64,000 nt of DNA from Octopus sinensis (taxonomy: Eukaryota). The notes below the pieces were generated by a model, which saw only the letters and a list, made by a program, of their open reading frames with translations, had not been told where the DNA came from and made no database searches. Made by a program: the position numbers and the translations under genes. The number at the start of each line of letters is the position of its first letter. Within the stretch, counting starts at the first letter, position 1. Where the stretch lies: contig NC_043004.1 in the NCBI RefSeq assembly GCF_006345805.1, forward strand, positions 12,152,001 to 12,216,000. The letters are read 5' to 3'. Below, piece after piece: positions 1-12,075 of this stretch.

Positions 1-408
1 TTCTTTCTGCTTTTTCTTCTTTCAAAGAAATTGCTGTCTCTCTACAAAGTTCTTGTCAGACCCTCAATGGGAATAAATACTGCTTTCATATCTGAGTTAG
101 TGCTAATCATCCAAGACCACATCCAAAGGAAGGCCATGTACGCTAACATGCACAAAGACTTATTCATCTTGTATAACTTTTCCTGCATGCTAGAGGGCAC
201 AGTTCTGGGTCCTCAGCCTAGAAGAGGAAACAGTACAAGCTGGAAAATATATCCTGTATTTGATGACATAAACAATGTACTTTTCCACCCCCAAGACAAA
301 TATCTCCAAAAATGTCACCTCAAATCTTATACAGGGTGGCCCAAAAGTAGGTTTACAGTTATCACATAAGCACTTGGAATTCCTTTTAAAACATTTTATT
401 ACATTTAA

Positions 409-834
409 GTTAAGTTAGTTAAGTTAATTTTTTGGCTCAAAAAGCAAAAGCAAGGCCATGTAGGGGAACATGGAGTTATGTACAGGGAGGGTGTTCATGC
501 AAAGAGTTCAGAGAGAGACTTTGAACTGAGCGGTTGTCAGCATCTTCACTATCTTGTCCAGCAGTTTATTCCACAGATCCGCAACCCAGACGGAGAAAGC
601 CCCTCTACTTCAATTGAGATGAAATCGTTGCAGATAGAGCTTTTCAGAGTGACCCCGCAGCCGACACTCTGGAGCAGGAGTGAAAAACAGCTCTTTCGAG
701 AGGTTACACTTTCCGCTTATGATGTTGTGAGTGAGAATGAGATCACCACAGCAGTGTTGTTTTTCTAGAGAATAAAGGTCGAGCATCTTCAGCCTTTCTT
801 CATAAGACAAATGCCTTTCTTCATAAGACAAATG
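409..834 (-). mobile_element. 5'-truncated CR1-clade LINE, ORF2 C-terminus plus 3' tail
   Basis: Minus-strand peptide LSYEERLKMLDLYSLEK...GDLI...FF...LRGHSEKL matches the CR1 ORF2 C-terminal pattern; short (TAACT)-like tail near 409-430; possible TSD CATTTAA at 402-408 and 835-841. Confidence 0.85.
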
Positions 835-932
835 CATTTAAATTTCTATCTTACAACCTGAAAAGGGAGCTTGACAAAATTAACTAAATTAGCATAGAAT
901 AATGGTTTCATATTTTTTCATAATTAACATCT

Positions 933-1228
933 TCTTAATTCTTTTTGCCCCTTGTGGAGCATAGGGCCTCAACAGTTGTTTTCCACTTTTTGCAGTCATT
1001 GATGTGTTTCGTAGCTGCTTCCCATGTCAGGCCGGTGGTCCCAAGCTCATCCAAAATGCTCCGTTTCCATGTCCGCTTTGGGCGTCCTCGCTTCCTTTTC
1101 CCCTGCGGGTTCCAGTTAAGTTCTTGTTGTGTCATATTTGAGGGTTCTTTCTGCAGTGTGTGTCCAATCTATCTTCATTTCCTTAATCTAATCTGAACAT
1201 GTATGGGCTCCTTGTTGGCCATTTCTCA
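933..1228 (-). mobile_element. 5'-truncated RTE-clade LINE 3' end
   Basis: Peptide IGHTLQK...WNPQGKRKRGRPKRTW...W...VEALCS is typical of the RTE C-terminus; perfect 14-bp TSD CATAATTAACATCT at 919-932 and 1229-1242. Confidence 0.9.
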
Positions 1229-1562
1229 CATAATTAACATCTAGACGTTAATATATGAATGCAAAAGAGATAGTTGAATAACTGTAAATCTAATTTTGGG
1301 CCACCCTGTATAAGATATTACTTCAAATATTGGTTTCAAACGTTGGCATAAGGCTAGCAGTTTCAAAGAGAGTAGGAGTCAGCCAATTAAATCAACCCCA
1401 AAAGGATGAAAGGTGGAGTCAACCCCTGTGAAATTTGAACTTGGAACATAAAAACTATTGCAATTAGCTGATTGGCTGAATAAAATTCATTATGTGCAAC
1501 AGAAGAAGTATTAAATTAAAGGAGCCATGGCTATTTTTATCTAATACCATTTCTGATGCCTG

Positions 1563-1795
1563 TAAGACAGTCAGCTGGCAGAATCGTTAGCACGCTGGGC
1601 GAAATGCTTAGTAGTATTTCGTCTGTCTTCACATTCTGGGTTCAAATGCCGCCAGAGTCGACTTTGCCTTTCATCATTTTCGGGAGTCGATGAAATTAAT
1701 ACCTCTTGTACTCTGGGGTCAATGTAATCGATTATCCCCTTCTCCAAAATTCCAGGCCTTGTGTCTATAGCAGAAAGGACTATTTCTGATGCTTG
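1563..1795 (+). mobile_element. tRNA-derived SINE, family B (GCTGGCAGAATCGTTAGC... head)
   Basis: A/B-box-like head plus conserved core GACTTTGCCTTTCATC...GGGGTCAATGTAATCGA repeated >12 times in the window. The core resembles Meta-type SINE domains (from memory). Confidence 0.8.
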
Positions 1796-2126
1796 TAATG
1801 AAAATGCAAAATCTAAATTAGTAAACTATGCTGGCAATTTGTGTTATTCTCACACTGACTCCGTCAATGATTAAGTTTCACTAAGCTCTAATAAATGAAC
1901 TATAGTGTAGTTTAAGTGCACAGTAGGTAGTAACATAGACAAAAACAACAACAACAACAACAACAGTACTTGACTGTATCAGCAGTTGGTGGTCTTAAAT
2001 TGTTGCCCTCGTTAACATCATAATCTGGCCAACCCCCTGGATACCTTTAAGAGAGATCACTCTTTTTTCAGAATGGGGAACTTACTTCTACCAGTCACAG
2101 TGGCCCTGAAAAGATTTAGTTTTTAA

Positions 2127-2252
2127 CCTTTAACATGCTGGAGGAGCATCATGTCACTGCATGAGTTATCTCCCTTCTCAATGAGACACAATGTACCTGC
2201 TACTGCTACAGAAATCTCTATAGCAACATAACATGCCTTAGCATGGTAAAGG
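2127..2252. mobile_element. piggyBac-like MITE
   Basis: TTAA at 2123-2126 and 2253-2256; TIRs CCTTTAACATGCT / AGCATGGTAAAGG. Confidence 0.7.
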
Positions 2253-2669
2253 TTAAAATCAACAATACAGGGGCTGATCTGAGGATCAAATACAAAGTTA
2301 TTTTGTTATCTTAAAACCATATTTATAGCTTGGTGCTGCTGTGGAACACCTTTGTAAGGAATCTTAACTGATAAGAAAGATCAAGAAGAAGAACCACCAT
2401 TGTTTTCTGGTTCTCTCAAATTGCTGAGTGAGATATAGTTGTTGTTGGTTTTATTTTACTTTCTTTTTTTCTTCCTTTTTTTTTTATTTGCCTGTTTTCT
2501 ACGTCTGTAGGATGAATTCCGTAGGGACAGGAAGAAAAAGAAATCAATAGTTTCTTTATTGGTTTACCATTCTTCTCCAGATATCTAAACAAAATGTACA
2601 AAAGCACAAAATTCCAAATAACTATAAATTGAAGCATCAGCTTCCAATGAACAAATAAACACTACATGT

Positions 2670-2675
2670 CATCAC

Positions 2676-2727
<52 letters not shown>

Positions 2728-2885
2728 GTCATTTAACGTCTATTGTTCATGCTGGCATGGGTTGGACAGGGTTTGACTGGGCTGGCATGCTGGAAAGGCT
2801 ACAGGCTACACCAGACTCTGATATGACTTGCTATGGTTTTCTACAGCTGGATGTTCTTCCTAACGCCAACCACTCCAACTATTGT
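2670..2885 (-). mobile_element. Family C SINE-like element with RTE-type 3' end and (GAT)n tail
   Basis: TTTAACGTC...CCATGCTGGCATGGGTTGGAC...GGATGCCCTTCCTAACGCCAACCAC motif next to (CAT)n; >15 copies in the window. Confidence 0.75.
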
Positions 2886-3965
2886 AGTGGCTATATTTTT
2901 TTTAGTTGGTTCTGAATTTAAACATACATACATACTCACACAGTGCTGCTTGCCTAAGGGCGTTTATACATCCATATTTGTTAACGGTTATTTTTAATAG
3001 CCTTCTCACTATATTGTGTGTTTATTTCTCTTTTTTTCCTCTCTGTGATTTTATTTTTGATCTTCTATATAAATGAAGATATTTCCTCCATCTGGCTGTT
3101 TTGCTTTCTACAAAATGAGAAGTTACACTGCAGAACTGTTATTTTAACTAGTTGTATCTATTTATCACCCAACGAGATACATCTGCACCGCTGGATGCTC
3201 CTGAACCAGTTGTTGAGTGTTCCACCCATGATGTGTCGGAACAATTGACGTGATTAATAATAAATTCTCGTATATTCCATCTTCCATCTTTCATTTGCCA
3301 TACACAAACACACACAGAGCATATATATACATAAACCATATAGCATATAGTCATTGTTAGTGAGATAGCTTGCAGCAGGCCCTGTTCGGAATGTGGTATT
3401 GATAAGTCAAAGCAATGATAAAACATTGATGTCTGTTGCTCTGAAAAAAAAAAAAGGACTTTGTCCCACTTGTCTATGACTAACTTTCAGGTGTCTTACA
3501 CCAGGGGCTTTGAGAATATATTCTTTTATGCCAAAATAAAAAACACAACTGCCCAACGAGCTAACAACACATTTACCTTGCATATGTGTGTTCAATTTTG
3601 TATACACACACACACAGCATAGTTGTTCAAACATAAGGACTAGGAAAATATTACCTTACTTGGAAACAGGTGAAGGTTTGCAAGAGGAAGAGCATCCATC
3701 CGTAGAATATTTGTCTTGATGCTTTGTCTGATCCATGCATTATAATGCTAAAATTAATATATTTGCATATATCTTCTTACTCTATCCTCTTAATTCATGT
3801 TCTATGGACAGAAATGTGTCTCTTGAGCCCTACTGATTCCCTGCAAACCTTTTGGTAAATGGAACAAGTTGAGGAATCTGTTTTCTCGAGTGCTTGTGGA
3901 TCATTTACTTTGTGTTTCCTTCAGTGGATGGTGAAGCCTGCTTTGTTTTATCATCATCATCATCA

Positions 3966-4560
3966 TCGTTTGATGTTTGCTTTCCATGCTGGCATGGGTT
4001 GGACGGTTTGACGGAGGACTGGTGAGCCAGAGGCTGCACCAGGCTCAATCTGATCTGGCAAAGCTTCTACAGCTTGATGCCCTTCCTAATGCCAACCACT
4101 CCAAGAGTGTAGTGGGTGCTTTTATGTGCCACCAGCATGAGGGCCAGTCAGGCGGTTCTGGCAATGACCACACGCAAAAGGTACTTTTACATGCCACTGG
4201 CACGGGAGCCAGTCTGGTGGCACTGGCAACTACCACGCTTCATGCCACAAACCCACAATAACAGGTAAGGTTTCCATTTAGAGGAGCAGCGTTTTGCCAG
4301 TGTGCCTTCATGCTTGTATGAAGTTGGTCCCAATGTTGGAGTCGATTTTGCTCAAATCTTTGAACTGAAGAGAAGCAGGACTGGCGCCAGGTCCTGCGTT
4401 CTCATGCTTTATTTTCCCACATAGTGGTTGGCCTCATAAAGGGCATGCAGCTGGAGAAACCATGCAAATGCACACAGTCGGACGTGGTGCAGCTCCTAGT
4501 TTTACCAGTTCTTGTCAAACTGCCCAACCTATGACAGCATGAAAAACAGACATTAAATGG
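3966..4560. mobile_element. Two family C elements, head-to-head (3966-4260 minus; 4340-4560 plus)
   Basis: Same family C motifs in opposite orientation, each ending in a (CAT)n/(GAT)n tract. Confidence 0.7.
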
Positions 4561-4994
4561 TGATGATAATAATGATGATGATGATGATGATGATGATGAC
4601 GACGACAACAATGATGATGATGATGATGATGATGATGTCTTTATTTCTCAGTGAATAGCAGTAAATTTTGATTATGATAGTTTCAATATTAAAAACGAAG
4701 TAAAAATAAAGAGAGGGAGAGAGAGAGAGAGAATTCAAAACATAAACAAAATAATAAATAGAAAAAAAAATTGACTCCTGTCACATGGTGCCGGTTGAAA
4801 AGACTTAATGAATGGCATTTGGTTAAAAGAGACCAAACACAGGATGATTGTGAAGAATTGTTTGACTAACCTATTGAGATGGAGACACAGGATTAACTCT
4901 ACAGAATTCTTCAAATTGTTCTTTGTGTTGCAAGACAATCCATTCAAAGGAGATTGTACAAATAAATAGGACACTGTTGTAGAAGTTATGCTTT

Positions 4995-5006
4995 CATATA
5001 TATATG

Positions 5007-5059
<53 letters not shown>

Positions 5060-5400
5060 CATGCATATACACATATGCATATGCATAGACATGTTTATGT
5101 ATGCGACTCTAGGTGGACATATGAATGCATAAATACATACACCTTCGCCAGAATCTTTAGATTATATATAAATATACATATCTATGGCAAACAAATTTTT
5201 ACACACACACCTGTATGTATATGTATGTATACATACATGCATACATAAATACACCCATACATATAAATATATATATATATGTATATACATATATATATAT
5301 GTGTATATATATATATATATATTATATATATATATAATATATATATATATATATTTATATATGTGTGTGTGTATGTGTGCGTGTTTGCATAAATGTATGG
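4995..5400. repeat. Compound (TA)n/(CA)n/(TG)n microsatellite
   Basis: Direct inspection. Confidence 0.95.
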
Positions 5401-5440
5401 GACACGCCCTTCGTCAATTGTTGACAAATATACATGTATT

Positions 5441-5866
5441 CTCTTTTACTCTTTTAATTGTCTCAGTTATTTGACTGTAGCCATGCTGGAGCATCGCCTT
5501 TTAGTCAAGTAAATCGACCCCAGGACTTATTCTTTGTAAGCCTAGTACTTATTTTATCAATCTCTTAAGCCGATCCGCTAAGTTACAGGGATGTAAACAC
5601 ACCAGCATCAGTTGTCAAGCGATGTTGGAGGGACAAACACAGACTCACAAATATATACACATACACACATACACACATATATATAAATATACATACATGT
5701 ACATATCTACGATGGGCTTCTTTCAGTTTCCATCTACCAAATCCACTCACGAGGCTTTGGTCGGCCTGAGGCTATAGTAGAAGACACTTGCCCAAGGTCC
5801 CACACAGCGGGACTGAACCTGGAACCATGTGGTTCGTAAGAGAGTTACTTACCACACAGCCACTCT
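5441..5866 (-). mobile_element. tRNA-derived SINE, family A (near full length)
   Basis: Head GGCTGTGTGGTAAG...GGTTCAGTCCC (A/B boxes), internal TA/CA microsatellite, tail CCAGCATGG...CAGTCAAATGACTGAAAC-(AGTAAAAG)n; about 20 copies or fragments in the window. Confidence 0.85.
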
Positions 5867-6246
5867 TACGCCATTCATCATGGTTCTTTATTATCTCACT
5901 ACAAATATGTCAACAGAACAAAAGAACATTGCTTCGGAACATGAGATATAAAGCTACTGGTCCCATCTACTTTATGTTACCCCTGTTCATTCCTTCATAA
6001 TTTTGCTTTTTTATTTAATATTTTTTGTTTTTTTGCATGAATTTTATTGCTTGATGTCTTTCGCATCACATTCTCTCAATATGGCACCTCTTTGATGCTG
6101 GTGTCAGTTGTATGTGTATGTGTGTTTGTGCATGTCCTTATCTGCATGACTGAAAATGAGCATCATCATCATCATCATCATCATCATACAAGTTCATTTC
6201 CAGTCTTCTGAAAAGAGTGTGTTTGGTTTAGCTGTTAGAAGATATT

Positions 6247-6394
6247 ACATTATTTACATTGTTTACATTTGACCGATATTTGTCCTCATCTTGTTTGTTG
6301 TTAACACAACGTTTCGGCTGATATACCCTCGTTTTGTTAACAACAAACAAGATGAGGACAAATATCTGTCAAATGTAAATAATGTAAACAATGT
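6247..6394. mobile_element. Fold-back remnant of a Penelope-like element (inverted termini)
   Basis: 59-bp inverted arms 6247-6305 and 6336-6394 (3 mismatches); the spacer carries ACGTTTCGGCTG, the 3' half of a hammerhead on the minus strand. Confidence 0.65.
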
Positions 6395-6454
6395 ACATAA
6401 TTCCTGATCTCTTAAATATAGAGCTGGAAGATATTACTTTACATTAGTTATAAT

Positions 6455-6560
6455 GGACGGATAGGTGTCCGAAATTCCACCAGTGTACCCAATGCAGGCT
6501 GGAGAGTACATCGGCCGAAACATTGTGGTAACAAACAAACAAGGTGAGGACACCTATGCA
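6455..6560 (+). mobile_element. Related Penelope-like terminus with a degenerate hammerhead
   Basis: Stem II GGCTG/CGGCC followed by GAAAC (6497-6521); core decayed to CCAATGCA; downstream ACAAACAAGGTGAGGACA resembles 6340-6360. Confidence 0.5.
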
Positions 6561-6743
6561 TCATCATCATCGTCCTCATTGTTTAACGTCTGCTTTCCAT
6601 CCTGGCATGGGTTGGACGGTTTGACTGAGGACTGGCAAGCCAGGAAGCTGCACCAGGCTCCAATCTGATCTGGTAAGGTTTCTACAGCTGGATGTCCTTC
6701 TTAGTGTCAACTACTCCGAGAGTGTTGTGGGTGCTTTTTACAG

Positions 6744-6857
6744 AATCTGGAGAAATTTTTTCAAGGGATACCAGATAAGCCAGCTATACCTGGATACAAC
6801 TCACTCAACAAGAACTCCCTACTTGAATGGCCCATGATACAACAAAACTTCATTTAA
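6744..6857 (+). mobile_element. CR1/L2-group LINE extreme 3' coding fragment
   Basis: Translates NLEKFFQGIPDKPAIPGYNSLNKNSLLEW..., homologous to KLDLFLSGIPDEP...NSLMHQ at 38114-38250. Confidence 0.6.
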
Positions 6858-7082
6858 AAAGGATTTATACTGTGTAGTCAACAAAATCAAAAACAAACAA
6901 AATATAAAATGGCGACAATTTAGTCATCGCATGTATATCTATGTTTGTTTGTATATACGTATATGTATATATGCGTGTATATACATATATGTATACATGT
7001 GTGCATATATGTTTATGTATTATTTGCATATATATGTATGTATTTGTGTATATATGTGTATGTATGTAGGTATATGTGTGTT

Positions 7083-7118
<36 letters not shown>

Positions 7119-7509
7119 ATATATATATATATATACATTTATATACATTTATATATATATATGTTGTTTTTTTTATGTATGGAACACAGATTAATAAGTA
7201 GTTAAGGCTATAGAAGAATGAATGGACTCCAGTATTTGTATAGGACTCTGAAGATTTTCTATAAGCTTTATGCTGGGGTGGATGGAAATGTGATCGAGAC
7301 AAAAGCGGAGGGAACGACCGAGGTGCTTTTAGACAGTCATGTGACCTAAACCACATGCTATGTGTCTTCTTTGCTTGTTTTTTGTACATAATTCTTTTAT
7401 ATGTGGCATTTTATTTCAAAACGTCATTATTATTATTGCCGCCACTACTACTCACGCCAACACCCTCGTAACCTTAAAAGCCACCACCGCCATCATCAAT
7501 ATCAGCATT

Positions 7510-7540
<31 letters not shown>

Positions 7541-8239
7541 CTACTGCCGCCGTCATTTACTCGAGCCCGTTACCATCTTCACAAAGTCCTGCAGTCTTGC
7601 ATACATCACCATCATTGTCGTCGTCATCGTCATCATTTAACATCCGTTTTTCCATGCTGGTATGGGTTGGACGGTTCTACAGGAACTGGTAAGTCAAAAG
7701 ACTGCACCGGTGCTTGTAATACTGAAACGTATATACACCCGCAAGTACATTAACATACATGCACACACATACGTATACACATGCACTCATACAAACACAC
7801 ATGCTTATACAAACACACACAAAGAGAAACACATAGATAAACACACACACACACACATATGCATGTGTGTAGTGGTGGTACTGCCTAGAATGTCTTTGAT
7901 CATATCCCAGCTCTAATGTAGGGAGAAGTCTCTAATTTATCCAAAGTGCAAAACAACTTCCTCTCTCCTCCTCTCCCCCCACTCTCATATGTCGGCACCA
8001 GAGTAAAATACACCCAGTACCCACTTCAAAGTGGTTTGTGATAGAAAGGGTGTCTAGCAGAGGAAAAGCCCCTTAACAAGGGAGATATGATTCTTTGCCC
8101 TTTGTAGCTAAGCAGTAATTCTAAATATGAACTAACTCAGATCAATAATTACTCATCTAACTCATGCCAGCATAGAAAAACAGATGTAAAATTGAGTTTG
8201 ATGCTGATAATAATATTTGTGTGCGCATACATGCACACA

Positions 8240-8545
8240 CAGAGCTCCATCCACTTACCCAACTACCTGCCTACCTACCTACCATCTATCTATCTATTTA
8301 TCTACCTAACTAACTTTCCATCCATCCCTCTACCTACCTACCTGTCTATCTACCTAATTTTCTATCTGTCTATCTATCTATCTACCTACCTACCTACCTA
8401 CCTACCTATCTACCTAACTTTCCATCTACCTATCTATCTGTCTGTCTATCTATCTATGTATCTGTCTGTCTATCTGTCTGTCTGTCTATCTATCTATCTA
8501 GCTATCTATCTACCTACCTACCTACCTACCTACCTACCTATCTAT
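8240..8545. repeat. (CTAC)n/(CTAT)n tetranucleotide array
   Basis: Direct inspection. Confidence 0.95.
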
Positions 8546-9029
8546 ACTATTTGTATATATAAAGATGCATGCGAAAAAGAAAATTATTGTGACAGATATA
8601 GAGGTATACAGTGGACGTGTTACTGTATCTTTTAAGTTCTCTGGTCAAAGTTTATTGAAATATAATTAGTTAACGAGCCATTTCTAATTGCAAATTTAAA
8701 AACAGACAGCATAAACTGCACAAACAAATTCATTAATATGCTGTTTTTGATGTTGCTACTTAGCCTCAAACCTCTGTGTTGATTGAGTGGGTGTTCTTAG
8801 CTGTAAACATCTCCACTGTTTTGTTGTTCATTATTGTTTTTCATAGGCATAGGAGTAGCTGCGTGGTAAGTAGCTTGCTTATGAACCACATGGTTCTGGG
8901 TTCAGTCCCACTGCGTGGTACCTTGCGCAAATGTCTTCTACTATAGCCTCGGGCCAACCAAAGCCTTGTGAGTGGATTTGGTAGACGGAAACTGAAAGAA
9001 GCCCGTTGTATTTATGTATATATATTTTA

Positions 9030-9230
9030 ATATGTGACCGCACGTGTGTCGTTGGCGATTCTCTTTCTCCGTCTTCCCTTCTTTGGACTTTTTCTATGTT
9101 TCTGACAAAGAGTTCTGCTCGAAACATGAAATCCTCCTTCTTTCTGTCCTTTCCTGAGCATATAATAACACTGTACTTATCCCACATCCTCGCATTGCTG
9201 TGTTTTCTCTTTGTTCATATTTGGATTAAC
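9030..9230 (+). mobile_element. Non-autonomous Penelope-like element (same family as 40735-40945)
   Basis: ATGTGACC...GTTGGCGATT start shared with the reverse complement of 40735-40945; contains a hammerhead-like motif. Confidence 0.65.
9098..9132 (+). ncRNA. Minimal type-I hammerhead ribozyme, CpG-decayed copy
   Basis: GUUU CUGACAA A GAG UUCUG CUC GAAAC AU G AAAU; G8 and G16.2 changed to A, and H17 is G. Confidence 0.55.
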
Positions 9231-9235
9231 TGTAT

Positions 9236-9287
<52 letters not shown>

Positions 9288-9734
9288 GTGTGTGTCTGTG
9301 TTTTTCCTGCCCAACATCGCTTGACAACCGATGCTGGTATGTTTACGTCCCCATAACTTAGCAGTTCGGCAAAAGAGAACCGATAGAATAAGTACTAAGC
9401 TTATAAAGAATAAATCCTGGGGTCGATCCAGCATGGCCACAGTCAAATGACTGAAACAAGTAAAAGAGTAAGTATTGTCTTTGAATACATTTATCAAAGC
9501 ATACAGTGGAATTCAAGTCTGATTTGACTGCTATTACTAGCAATCCAAGTGAACAAATTGAGGCTTATTTGTTAGTTATAATTCTTTAATACTTGTTGTT
9601 TAGCTCTGATCTAAAATGTCTGCTCTCATCCACAAGATTTTTGTTCAATGGCTTTCCAGATGTGACAGTCTCATCTGTTTTTCAGATGTACTATATGCAG
9701 GAGTACTTAATTACCCAAAATATCCTTTATCTTC

Positions 9735-10080
9735 TACTTTTTACTTGTTTCAGTCATTCGACTGTGGCCATGCTGGGGCACGGCCTAGAAGAATTTTTGG
9801 CCTGGTACTTATTCCATTAGCCTTTCTGGCTGAACTGCTAATTAATGGGGATGTAAACTCACCAACACCAGTTCTCAAGTGGTGAGTGGTGGATACACAC
9901 ACACACACACACATACATATACAATGGGCTTCTTTCAGTTTCTGTCTACCAAATCCACTCACAAGGCTTTGGTCAGCCTACTGCAATAGTAGAATACACT
10001 TGCCCAAGGTTCCACACGGTGGGACTGAACCCAGAGCCATGTGGTTTGGAAGCAAGTTTCTTACCACACAAACCATACCT
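9735..10080 (-). mobile_element. Family A SINE
   Basis: Family A head and tail motifs. Confidence 0.8.
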
Positions 10081-10886
10081 GTTTCTTTTTTCGCTTTTTT
10101 TTTATTCTAGCTAGTAGGGCATGGTTGGAAGTTGTCTTTATTGTTTAGTCTCAGAAAACCTCATACAGATGACTTATGGACAGCAGCTCTGACCGTTGCA
10201 TCTGTTTCGGGGCAAGCAGATCTGTATTATCTAATAAGTCCTTTGACAACAATCCCTAACACAGCATGTGATCATACAAACAACTCCTCATTGGCTGCAG
10301 GAATTCATTAACAGTTGTACTCATTCGTGAAACTATGAAGAACAAAATTGTTTGCATTGGTTTCACTTATCACACAGATATTCTGTTTATAAACGGCTAA
10401 GTAAATATTACAGCATAATTTTCCGACAATTTATATATTATGATATGAATTGTAGATGTAATATTATTGTTTATTGATAACGAAATTCCCTGCGGTCTTT
10501 GGGCTGTTTATGTTCATTACAATGTTCTTTTTACATGATACAAACCAAACTGATAAACACGCCGTTAATAGTAGCACCATAGTCTTCTCATTGGTCTTCC
10601 TTCTTTGGAACACTGGAATTTAAACGTTCTACATCCTCTCCACATTTATTTCTTATCAGAACAAAAACTTTTCTGTTGAGGTTTTGTATTGTTATTTTGC
10701 ATTTTTTTTACTTCAGATTTGTTTTTGTTGTTTTTTTTCTTAGTTTGAGGTGGGATTTTCATTTCTCCATCATCTTCCATTTTCTTGTCCCTTGTTCATT
10801 TGTCTTGACAGATGAACAATGGATTTTTATCTGATTACTCAACCTGCTAAAAGTAGCAGTCAAATCTCACTCAGATCATTCTACCT

Positions 10887-11118
10887 ATTTCTTTATTACC
10901 CACATGGAGCTAAACATAGAGGGGACAAACAAGGACAGACATAGGTATTAAGCCGATTACATTGACCCCAGTGCAGAACTGGTACTTAATTTATCGACCC
11001 TGAAAGGATGAAAGGCAAAGTCAACCTCGGCGGAATTTGAACTCACAACCTAACGACAGATGCAATACCTCTAAGCATTTCGCCTGGCATGCTAACGTTT
11101 CTGCCAGCTCGCCGCCTT
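10887..11118 (-). mobile_element. Young full-length family B SINE
   Basis: Perfect 20-bp TSD TCACTCAGATCATTCTACCT at 10867-10886 and 11119-11138. Confidence 0.9.
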
Positions 11119-11667
11119 TCACTCAGATCATTCTACCTGTCCAACTTAGTAACAGGAATACAGCATTAGGTAATGTAGTGTGTGTGAGAATGCTCCTGAC
11201 CAGAATGTCTTTGATCTGGGGTGTCACCTCAGCACCATCTCGTTATATTTTTTCGATGGGATTGAGGTAAAAAGGATCACTTGTATATGACTCCACTTGC
11301 TGTTTGGAGTAACATGGTTAGCAGAGCAGCCACCATGCTGTAATCCCTTATCTTCTTGTGAACGACACGGTGCGTTAAAAGGTACATATATATATATATA
11401 TCTGTGGAGTACTCAGCCACTTCTCATCAATTACAGGTGTTCTACCTATATTAGAAGCACCTCTTTCATCTTTATGTTCTGATTTCAAATCCTCCCAAAG
11501 TCATTTTTGCATCTTCTCTCCCTAGGCTTGATAAAATACCATCAACCCGGGTAGTTGGGTTGATGGTACCCACCTACCCCTACCCCACCCACTCAAATTT
11601 GCTGGTCCTCTGCTAAAAATTTGAAAGAATTACCATTTCTTTTTGTTTTTATTATTGTTGTTGTTGT

Positions 11668-12075
11668 TAAGGCAGTGAGCTGGCTGAATCATTAGCACGC
11701 CAGGTGAAATGCATAGCAGTATTTCATCTGCCATTATGTTCTGAGTTCAAATTCTGCTGAGATCAACTTTGCCTTTCATCCTTTCAACTACCAGTTATGC
11801 ACTGGGTCGATGTAATCGACTTAATCCCATTGTCTGTCCTTGTTTGTCCCCTCTATGTTTAGCCCCTTGTGGGCAATAAAGAAATATGAATCGTTAGCAT
11901 GCAGGGCAAAATGCTTAGCGATCTGCATGTTCTGAGTTCAAATTCCACCGAGCTCAACTTTGCCTTTCATCCTTTCAGGGTTAGCAGAATAAGTACCAGT
12001 TGAGGACTGGGGTCAATCTATTCAACTGCCTCCACCTTCCCTGAAATTGCTGGCATTGTGCCAAAATTTGAAACC
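11668..12075 (+). mobile_element. Two tandem family B SINEs (11668-11887, 11888-12075)
   Basis: Two successive family B head and core motifs. Confidence 0.75.

Larger units (their letters stand above)
332..1308. mobile_element. Non-autonomous Tc1/mariner-type DNA element (MITE) hosting two LINE fragments
   Basis: 29-bp TIRs CAGGGTGGCCCAAAAGTAGGTTTACAGTT (332-360) and its reverse complement (1280-1308, 2 mismatches), flanked by TA at 330-331 and 1309-1310. Confidence 0.75.
8846..9475 (+). mobile_element. Family A SINE interrupted at its internal (TA)n by a Penelope-like element
   Basis: 5' half 8846-9030, 3' half 9290-9475, foreign insert about 9030-9230. Confidence 0.75.

Noticed and set aside
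31-369. 112-aa ORF at the window start
   Set aside because: No recognisable domain, and it reads through the MITE TIR.
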